Shown: in pieces, positions 9,401 through 14,463 of the stretch
Layout of the letters: each line of letters starts with the position of its first letter
How positions within the stretch are numbered: the first letter of the stretch is position 1
NCBI GenBank assembly: GCA_964583985.1
Contig: CAZOYD010000025.1
Location: forward strand, 29,961-44,423
Direction: 5' to 3'
From: an uncultured archaeon
GTDB lineage: Archaea; Asgardarchaeota; Lokiarchaeia; Sigyniarchaeales; SOKP01
Length of the DNA: 14,463 nt
Made by a program: the position numbers and the translations under genes
The notes under the pieces: model-generated
Database searches by the model: none
Told to the model about the DNA's origin: nothing
Seen by the model: only the letters and a program-made list of their open reading frames with translations

Positions 9401-12400
9401 AACAAAATTCTTATGAATTTTTTAATTTCGTGGGCGTTAGTTATTTCATTTGCTCTTATGTCTTTCCATATTTATAGTAAATTATTTCCATATGATATTG
9501 GAGCATTGTATATAGCATTAAGTGTTGGTGGTTTAACTTTTTTTATTTTTAATCGCTATAAAATGCTTTGGGGTTCTTATGAAAACTTTATGCCCGTTTC
9601 TTCCATAATTGCATTTATTGCAATTTCATTAGGAACTTCGCTTTCAATTTCATCCATATTGTTGAATTATTTAATATTAGAAAATCCTTGGTTCCTAATC
9701 ATATCCGTATTCCTATTCACAAATATTATATTTCTTTCATTTAAACTAAAAATTTACCAATTTATCTTAGCTTATTTACTTCCGATCCCTATAACCTCAT
9801 TAATTCTCCACTTATTAGTGCTTTTTAATCCATTGATAAATGCTCTGATTCTATCCATACTAGGTATCTTCATTTTTAGTTTCCTCAATCAATTCATGAA
9901 AGTAAATATAACTTTTAAAGCAATTTTACGTTTAATTTTATACCTTGACAGCTTTGCCCTATCACTTCTACTATCAAATATCCCAGATCCGTCATTAAAT
10001 CTCTTTATTTCATTATTAATTTTATTTGTATTAACATTCTTTGAAAATCTCCTAGTGAAAAAACGTAAGTACTGGTTTAATGTTCTCTTAAACCTCGTTA
10101 GTTATGTATCTTCAACTGTGTTCTTATATTGGTATTTGAATGGTATATTTTTAGAACAGTATGATTACATGATATGGTTAAATACGTTTATTTTTATATT
10201 ACTTCAAAAGTATACAGTTTATATCGCCTATACAATTTTAAAATCCTTGAATAAATATGATCTGGAAAAACTTATGCGATATAAGTCAATTTTGAATTTC
10301 ATGTTATCAAATTTTCTATATATCCTTATAAGTCTTTATGGTTCTTTAAGCCTTGGCTCTATAATTCCTGCAATTTTCTCTCTAGTTGAAATCGCATCAA
10401 TCTTCTTGGGTTTAACTTTATTCTGTTTATTCTATTTTATTCTTATTAGCGTTTTCAATAAAAAACTAAAAGGTAAAATTAGGAGTTTTACAAGAATGGG
10501 CTTATTTTTGGCTTTTCAAGGTAATTTATTCGGATTATGGGCTTTTAGTCTTGGTTTATCTGATCTATTTTATTTAATGTTCATATTGATTATCGAAACG
10601 ATATTATTATATTACACTTTTAGCTTGATCTCTCTATCAATAAAGAAGGAGGGTAAAGAAAGGGTATTAAACTACGCTCCACCTTTAACTTACCTTTTAT
10701 ATGTTGAAATCTCAATATTGAGTTTTGCTTGGTTTAATATTTTAGCATTATATCAATTATATTCAAGTATCTTGACCATCTTGGTCTTTTTTATCTTGAC
10801 TGTTATTGATTTGGGAGTTGTTAAAAAGGTCAATATTAAGTTGATGAAACTCAGTCATTTTTTTAGTTATACTACTTTATCTATGCTTATTTTTATTCAA
10901 GCCTTTGACTTTCTATTTGGCCAGATTAACACCATTATCTTCAACTTTATCATAATCTTTTTCCTTGCCATGCAGTTTTATACGATACGATCTCTATTTT
11001 CATTCTTAAGTCATTATCAATGGTTCAATAATATTAAAGCGTTAAGAATTAAGCAAATGATCAATAACATCTTGATAAATTCGATTTTTGTATTATTAAG
11101 TTTATTAGGCACACAGTTAGTCACAGATTATATTTTTCAATTTAATAATCTATATTTGTATTTATTATCGTTTTCTTTCTTTATTTTCTTTTTAAATGGA
11201 ACCGTCAACAGAACTATTGAAAAATCTTTAAGAGTCAAATTCTTACTTGTCCCCTCCTTTATTGCCTTGCAGGTATTTTCACTTGCTTTTATGGTTAATA
11301 TAATGATTTTGAGTGATATTAACCTCTACTTCTTTTGGTTGAGTTTAATTACTCTCATCGAAACCGTTTTAAGTGTTTATCCTCTAAATATTGCTAGAAA
11401 ATATATGATGAATGAAGCAAGAAAATTATTAATTTCAAGATTGTTTAAAGTGGTTGACTTTTGTTTGTATCTTGAAATTACTATGTTAAGTTTTGGATTA
11501 TTTTATTTCAATTTAAATCAAGATCCATTCCAGAGCTTATTATATTCCCAATTGGTATTGTTTGGACTAAGCATTTTAGAAATAGTTACTTTTAAGAGAT
11601 TAAAGGAAAAATTTGGATACGTTATACATCTTCTAAGTTACCTCGTTATTTCAGCTTCATTAATCTATATAATATACTTATTATCACTATCAGAAATTTT
11701 TTACCTAATAGTTATTTTGATGCAGTTCTATTCTAATTACGTTTATTACAGAATGAAGCGTGATATAACCCCCACCAAGGCTGAAAATTACCAATATGGG
11801 GCTGTAAGGAGACAAAGAGTAATTGGAAATGCTTTCTATATTGTGTTAGTCTTTTTAGTTTCTCGATTTCTCTTAATTTTTAGTGGTTTCGATATTTTAA
11901 CTTCATTTTTCTTGATTAGTTTACTACTCCATTTAATCTCCCTACTTGACAGGGCGATATTAATATTCCTTGGTCGCTTATCAATGCCACTAATTGTCAT
12001 TTCACTAATATTTATCAATATTTTTTCAATTCCATCGCTATTGACATTTATTTTTAGTACAGGACTTACTTATACTTTGATTCCCTTAGTGATCCTCATC
12101 GTAGAATTAGAGTTATTCTATTTAACTAAACTTATCAGTAAATGGCAAACCTTTAGAAATCTGATTATATCCATTTTATATTTCAATATTTCATCGTGGC
12201 CTGTTTATTTTGTGAGCATTGAAGTTACACTTCAAACAATATTGATAAATTTTAACTTGATACTATTGTCTTTATTTTTATTATTCATAATGGTAAAAAT
12301 TGACAAGAAAATTAATGCTTTAAGCATAAAAATGTCGAAAGGCATCATTTCTACATCATTAGTTATTCTTGGGTTTGGAATCCCAATAGATATTTTTATT

Positions 12401-13234
12401 CTATTACAATCATACCTCCAAGCGCAATTTCCGCTAAATGTTGCATTTTCAGCTTTTATTGGCACGATTGAGTTGGGGATCATCAAAAAACCCTATAAAA
12501 AAAAGAGAACCATCTCATTCTTCTATACGCTTTCACTTCTCATCGAATTGTTAGTTATCACTGATCAAATAAATATTCCTGCATTAGGATACAGTATATT
12601 AGTGCTTGGGACGCTTATTTATCTCTATACTTTCTTGTTAGAAGAATTGAGGGAATTTTTCAGCCATATCGTTGATTATATCTCAAAATTCTTTAAAGCT
12701 ATAATTTCCTTCATTAACTCGATCTTGAATTCAATTTACAATTTCTTAAGGAGGAATTACGTCACACTTAAAATACTTTTAGCTGCTACCATCGGTAGTC
12801 TATTGGGATATGTGTCGTCTATAGTTCCTATATTTCTCCCCGTTCCTTTGAGCGTAATTAATCCTCCTCATGCGCCTTTATTTGGTTTAGCCGTATTCGG
12901 TTTAATTGTCGGACTTTTTCCTGGAACGAAATCTGAAGATCCAGATATAATCTTTAGAACACGAATGATTCGATTTAGTACAGCTTGGTTCGGAATTACA
13001 ATTGTGATTGTTACACTTATATTACCTATAATTAGCGATGATATCATTCTACAAGCATTCTTAGTACTCTCATCTTTCGTGATCTTAGGCTTAATCCTTG
13101 CGATTTATGTGTGGAGGATTGAGAAAAAGCAAAAAATTTCAATTAAATGGCGATTTTATATTACCATAACATTAATAGTAATGCTAGTGATTTGGGGAAT
13201 TTTGATATTTATGTTATATCTCGGTCCTTCATAA
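3401..13234 (+). CDS. Giant polytopic membrane protein (3277 aa, about 100 TM helices by eye, internal repeats), function unknown
   Basis: A 9834-nt open frame in AT-rich DNA cannot be chance. SD-like GAGGG precedes the ATG and a T-rich tract follows the stop. Hydrophobic 17-24 aa segments run end to end, separated alternately by short neutral or acidic loops and K/R-rich loops. No Walker motif, signal-peptide-plus-ectodomain or catalytic motif recognised. Confidence 0.95.
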   Translation: MKSKGTENSQERIVKATESLWKFLWFLVYIIFIPTLVAVLFFFLFGFVITSIFGVSDFVIPLALSAIMFLVSILIFYRPFDKYRNKSIFQNKINNPRVRIHILFLITLISLIYTPVFLLFVPQYYQDQLNLLPLITFVLTYNSIYLYFFSQPIDFFSISDSSFKHFNRFKDTIKQPYNLIILMNYAVHIAFLSFTFEMQLLNINISWSFAFITNLLFYIIALRTTKPYVKKIEYAISNQGGFLEDLVLYKQAFVKSIVRMDFLILIQIPFGILSVFFRSIGPNSLINAFFITILLLIFNFKIDIYLKSYYFNQLNRLNPEKYPSRELGVKWNFFLTVLIMILIPSYIFYYSFSIPEVLYFNFLALVIIFTITRVEEKYKYLPKSYARHLHLINTIFLLAIISFQILSVLDPFIQFAIFLISLYFGLEIFTKYEYYSKKNVLIVQNILAISGFYCIAYIFFKEIAFGTTPIDSINNFIVHYILPGLIGSLFSLYLLYFRHFYNKSWKTLRTGFIINCLAIIGLAFYLFNLNFDFNTMVAYVIGFSILYIIFSGFNYIIQLFTKENLVNNIYNTIWLLDFSIFSVLLVNTLKSGVTLFTIIPDFFILSILILFTVWFGKKVGRLSEDTYFKLFNLNGFLLIIEIFILSSQYLIEKVFLDEIEFKILAYFLSTCIISLIINIAAPSKSPLIKKVKGFLNIFTVMFGWFVLEMFYFLTNYQNLYYLYGLIIFSSIVTTLPIGFLVIAKLIDKKKFVDYLYLVLNVICLTSFSFIIHFILLTNIVDLFFGINFILLSLIICYIGIGKLGVKFGYVSEEFYIKFVKLMYYPIGILLFLVFFSFTLSTTGDNFLSFLIASLILSAMTNFASLRFKTINLINLRITSFTLFFAAIYVSIFLFQSFIIIPFSTLSLSEWYVNLYASVMSIQVIFYIPFGYLAAKKVIKREVYYRYSYYSMFSLMLLLFLFIVSFFYNLFYSSMVFYILAFIADLIYITITLYNHIKRGLAKKYLPIIHLTQKSAIILYTTLFTEFYSFLLTIILLFFPQPLQLWQMWFSSYFAFILITLVIMALASKLIIFSTDFSRRINLISLIFTSVTFSYFILNLVNSIFNNLFLQWDITIISFLTFLLLPLYHSIKRKMFQRFLSKNYVYINGILISLFIIALPALFAYEFSLFENYLPYIIISSIVLVYCFLKYLEYTFDELKVGQGRIIALKTIQLISWNLLSIIASNTIFITFAPMFIDQLFYMVLMSSFITFFIINLNSLTIIEDIKQRVFENEDLKIDYYKVYKIYEFYKNISFFAFIFSISGLISAFLSPISYIIEDLIPLLFLSPEIIQFEVFFLLTLLILLITQKIEIEYQKIRTWIILISWVIIKGTICVYMYFYFIDTPIIAWSISILIFSVLSPITMNFIKNIRLIFGTTKKIIKSTLVSSFYISLITLYLLYFWNLRISPFFTENLLLFWFLLISNIIIYFDYVFIRLKDVFEANFEFNLLKLYFKSALVLFLFIFIDFYLNLILWFIAAIVLLNRRNHSIIIRWVIYMLFTLSLYIYITIDFSILLTLGGRYLYIILTGSLLSVLFISILTNYEKVNDIEKFSVYLILSFLSFIACSLIPGFFVIPGLLYNGTFSLLIFLVLTGNHYYQKRDNRYKLFIRPCVVLAVFDFTSFLFYGMLFNNTPYSPVYQPILSFTSTFSLTGFAFVSLYNQSPQRFRKLSFFIVLPLLILSVPIFVYYFTYATFPLLRTSVLPLTISLNIGIFFFFIAIGLYQWKFSRAIWKTGFWAWILFPIINYAVIDQSLANLSLRTLELFGFINIPASTLLAITICIILSFPFWYTWIRAHFTTVLFAAWILNLGLLYWFSQSLFFGSELLINSSFLIFSFILLMPLVYKLKIWRVLMAFWILFTIITISFIDFTFISMGFDSTTVLSIDISVIGLSLIFLSYFPNMRNKRNLSLIIAYFTLITGISIMVYQIILIATVFRGDPIGALYLTVIIISASSFSSRILKINKILMNFLISWALVISFALMSFHIYSKLFPYDIGALYIALSVGGLTFFIFNRYKMLWGSYENFMPVSSIIAFIAISLGTSLSISSILLNYLILENPWFLIISVFLFTNIIFLSFKLKIYQFILAYLLPIPITSLILHLLVLFNPLINALILSILGIFIFSFLNQFMKVNITFKAILRLILYLDSFALSLLLSNIPDPSLNLFISLLILFVLTFFENLLVKKRKYWFNVLLNLVSYVSSTVFLYWYLNGIFLEQYDYMIWLNTFIFILLQKYTVYIAYTILKSLNKYDLEKLMRYKSILNFMLSNFLYILISLYGSLSLGSIIPAIFSLVEIASIFLGLTLFCLFYFILISVFNKKLKGKIRSFTRMGLFLAFQGNLFGLWAFSLGLSDLFYLMFILIIETILLYYTFSLISLSIKKEGKERVLNYAPPLTYLLYVEISILSFAWFNILALYQLYSSILTILVFFILTVIDLGVVKKVNIKLMKLSHFFSYTTLSMLIFIQAFDFLFGQINTIIFNFIIIFFLAMQFYTIRSLFSFLSHYQWFNNIKALRIKQMINNILINSIFVLLSLLGTQLVTDYIFQFNNLYLYLLSFSFFIFFLNGTVNRTIEKSLRVKFLLVPSFIALQVFSLAFMVNIMILSDINLYFFWLSLITLIETVLSVYPLNIARKYMMNEARKLLISRLFKVVDFCLYLEITMLSFGLFYFNLNQDPFQSLLYSQLVLFGLSILEIVTFKRLKEKFGYVIHLLSYLVISASLIYIIYLLSLSEIFYLIVILMQFYSNYVYYRMKRDITPTKAENYQYGAVRRQRVIGNAFYIVLVFLVSRFLLIFSGFDILTSFFLISLLLHLISLLDRAILIFLGRLSMPLIVISLIFINIFSIPSLLTFIFSTGLTYTLIPLVILIVELELFYLTKLISKWQTFRNLIISILYFNISSWPVYFVSIEVTLQTILINFNLILLSLFLLFIMVKIDKKINALSIKMSKGIISTSLVILGFGIPIDIFILLQSYLQAQFPLNVAFSAFIGTIELGIIKKPYKKKRTISFFYTLSLLIELLVITDQINIPALGYSILVLGTLIYLYTFLLEELREFFSHIVDYISKFFKAIISFINSILNSIYNFLRRNYVTLKILLAATIGSLLGYVSSIVPIFLPVPLSVINPPHAPLFGLAVFGLIVGLFPGTKSEDPDIIFRTRMIRFSTAWFGITIVIVTLILPIISDDIILQAFLVLSSFVILGLILAIYVWRIEKKQKISIKWRFYITITLIVMLVIWGILIFMLYLGPS
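5048..6970 (+). repeat. Degenerate protein-level tandem repeat, about 190 aa (6 TM), at least 3 copies
   Basis: FGKKVGRLSEDTYFKL (S623) vs LGVKFGYVSEEFYIKF (S811). LPIGFLVIAKLIDKKKFVDY (P736) vs IPFGYLAAKKVIKREVYYRY (P928) vs LPLYHSIKRKMFQRFLSKNY (P1125). Spacings are 188, 192 and 197 aa. Confidence 0.7.
9920..12175 (+). repeat. Degenerate protein-level tandem repeat, about 254 aa (8 TM), 3 copies plus a possible partial fourth
   Basis: LYLD/LYVE/LYLE at aa 2180/2433/2689 (then LYFN at 2926); LVSY/FFSY/LLSY; LQKY/MQFY/MQFY at 2268/2524/2774; IIET/LIET/IVEL with E at 2399/2654/2902. Spacings among the three full copies are 248-256 aa. Confidence 0.85.
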
Positions 13235-13242
13235 ATTCATAA

Positions 13243-13260
13243 CTTTTCTTTCTCTAATTT
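13243..13260 (+). terminator. T-rich tract after the giant ORF; possible archaeal-type terminator
   Basis: cttttctttctctaattt starts about 8 nt after TAA 13234; no hairpin seen. Confidence 0.4.
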
Positions 13261-13344
13261 ATACTAATATTCAGTAGAGTTAATATAATAAACGTATTAA
13301 AAGTATGGATAAATTTAAAAAAGAGTACATCTAAATAATAATAA

Positions 13345-13578
13345 TTATAAGTTAGTTTCTTTCCAATTCTTTAGAAATTCATTGAAATCATTTTTAGAAA
13401 GCCCTAAAGAATTTTTTTCATTGGATAGCAATGAATCTTCATTTGAGTTTGGAGTTAAGCTTTTTTTGAACCCTAATGACCAATCATAATAAGAAACTGC
13501 TTTTGATGACATAATATATGATCATAAGATCAAGAAAATAAAGACGAACAGAGTGAAGATTTTCTAATAAATTTTCAT
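13345..13578 (-). pseudogene. Possible remnant of the 5' end of a secreted-protein gene
   Basis: The minus frame from ATG 13578 reads MKIY*KIFTLFVFIFLIL*SYIMSSKAVSYYDWSLGFKKSLTPNSNEDSLLSNEKNSLGLSKNDFNEFLKNWKETNL*. It has a signal-peptide shape (basic n-region, hydrophobic h-region, SKA cleavage-like site) broken by TAG 13566-13564 and TGA 13524-13522. A 55-aa open stretch remains (ATG 13512 to TAA 13345). Confidence 0.35.
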
Positions 13579-13791
13579 AAATTACTATAAAAAAGCTCCT
13601 AAATATAATCCAATTGTGAGAACAAAAAAAGAGTCTAAAATTCGTTAAACTAATTAATTCCATTAATTGAAGTAGCTTCTTGCATTTTCTTCTCTTGAAC
13701 ATTTTTTTTGTGCATTATATCGATTTAATGCTGAATCATAGTTTGAATTGAAAGCAATTTGTAATTTACAAATAGGTTAAAATAGAGAATA

Positions 13792-13807
13792 GGGAAAATT
13801 TTTATAA
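13792..13807 (+). promoter_or_regulatory. Archaeal BRE + TATA box for the 182-aa membrane protein gene
   Basis: GGGAAAA followed directly by TTTTTATAA, about 40-50 nt upstream of ATG 13846/13855; matches a purine-rich BRE plus TTTAWA. Confidence 0.6.
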
Positions 13808-13845
13808 CAGTAAAGTGAAGTATAGTTCAACAACTTTATAAAATA

Positions 13846-14394
13846 ATGATAAAAATGGAAACCAAAGAAGAAAAACTCAACGTCAGAGATTGGATCACTC
13901 TGAGTACTGTAATGATAGGCGCAGTATTAACCATCCTTGCGTTAATTTGGCAAAATGTCCCTAGTAATGGAATTGTAACTGTAACTTTCCTCCTAATGTT
14001 AGGGTTCATTTTCTTTGTAAATTCCGTATCAACTAACTCTAAGGCTAAATTTGAATCAAAGTTAAAGAATGTGGATAGAAAGAAAGTGAATCAATTCGTA
14101 GCGTTTGCAGAATATTCTTTTGGGCTCGGATTTACATTCGTAATAATCGCATTTGCATTCCTTGGCTACAAATACTTGTTAGACTTTGTTGGACGTAATT
14201 TAATGACATTTCTACTGCCAATCGTATTCTTGTTGACAGCTTGGATAATTATAGTTATCTATAATATTATAAATTTTTCAGGAAAAGCATTCAAAAGTTT
14301 TAGAAGTTTAAAGCGAAGTATCTGGATGCTCTTAGAGTTAATAGCTTTAGGGTTTATTGTATTAGATTTCTTTGGAATTATTATAATTCCTTAA
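13846..14394 (+). CDS. Hypothetical integral membrane protein, about 5 TM helices
   Basis: 182-aa ORF (alternative start ATG 13855) with hydrophobic segments WITLSTVMIGAVLTILALIW, IVTVTFLLMLGFIFFVNSV, YSFGLGFTFVIIAFAFLGY, LMTFLLPIVFLLTAWIIIVIYNII and IWMLLELIALGFIVLDFFGIII. Promoter-like element upstream and oligo-T downstream. Confidence 0.88.
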   Translation: MIKMETKEEKLNVRDWITLSTVMIGAVLTILALIWQNVPSNGIVTVTFLLMLGFIFFVNSVSTNSKAKFESKLKNVDRKKVNQFVAFAEYSFGLGFTFVIIAFAFLGYKYLLDFVGRNLMTFLLPIVFLLTAWIIIVIYNIINFSGKAFKSFRSLKRSIWMLLELIALGFIVLDFFGIIIIP

Positions 14395-14407
14395 TTTTTT
14401 TTTCTTT
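14395..14407 (+). terminator. Oligo-T tract; probable archaeal intrinsic terminator
   Basis: T9-C-T3 directly after TAA 14394, between convergent genes. Confidence 0.6.
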
Positions 14408-14409
14408 CA

Positions 14410-14463
14410 TTATTCTATAATTGAATAAACTCGTTTTGGTCTTCCTATCTCTCCTTGAATTAT
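14410..14463 (-). CDS. 3' end of a gene entering from the right; probable winged-helix DNA-binding protein
   Basis: The minus strand reads ...IIQGEIGRPKRVYSIIE followed by TAA (14412-14410) and TGA. GRPxxxY just before a C-terminus is typical of the wing of wHTH regulators. Only 17 codons are visible. Confidence 0.5.
   Translation of the reverse strand: MIQGEIGRPKRVYSIIE

Noticed and set aside
5062-12486. Five minus-strand K/I/N-rich ORFs (5062-5352, 6553-6738, 9043-9249, 11836-12018, 12232-12486)
   Set aside because: Expected antisense shadows of T-rich hydrophobic codons in the giant gene.
3401-13234. Giant protein as a true Piezo homolog, phage tape-measure protein, or fused known transporters (MFS/ABC/Mrp)
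   Set aside because: No PFEW motif or large extracellular cap, the repeat units are 6 and 8 TM rather than 4 TM, no phage genes are nearby, and no transporter signature was recognised. Only an architectural analogy is kept.
13484-13702. 72-aa minus-strand ORF from the track
   Set aside because: No RBS or recognisable motif; an overlapping different frame looks more protein-like. Probably spurious, though not excluded.
1-14463. CRISPR array, tRNA/rRNA, IS element or nucleotide-level tandem repeats
   Set aside because: No regularly spaced direct repeats, GC-rich structured segments, transposase ORF or terminal inverted repeats were seen. The repeats in the giant gene were visible only at the protein level.

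Overview
AT-rich prokaryotic DNA (GC looks below about 30% by eye, not computed) with archaeal-style expression signals: BRE/TATA-like boxes, GGTG-type ribosome-binding sites and oligo-T tracts after genes. Gene style and content are consistent with an Asgard archaeon such as Lokiarchaeia; this is inference only. From left to right: (1) a minus-strand Cys-rich Fe-S protein with a CNCCSCCC motif that runs off the left edge and is missing from the ORF track; (2) a DUF134 HTH/zinc-ribbon protein; (3) a class I PLP aminotransferase resembling LL-diaminopimelate aminotransferase; (4) a probable decayed minus-strand gene; (5) an uninterrupted 9.8-kb ORF; (6) a probable remnant of a secreted-protein gene; (7) a small membrane protein with about 5 TM helices; (8) the 3' end of a probable winged-helix protein. 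The standout is the 3277-aa product of the 9.8-kb ORF. It is almost all transmembrane hairpins (about 100 helices by manual count) with no recognisable soluble, ATPase or catalytic domain. It is built from at least two classes of degenerate tandem repeat (about 190 aa/6 TM and about 254 aa/8 TM, the latter with conserved intramembrane E/D, Q and Y) and has an 11-mer amphipathic helix near the C-terminus. No RNA genes, CRISPR arrays or mobile elements were seen.
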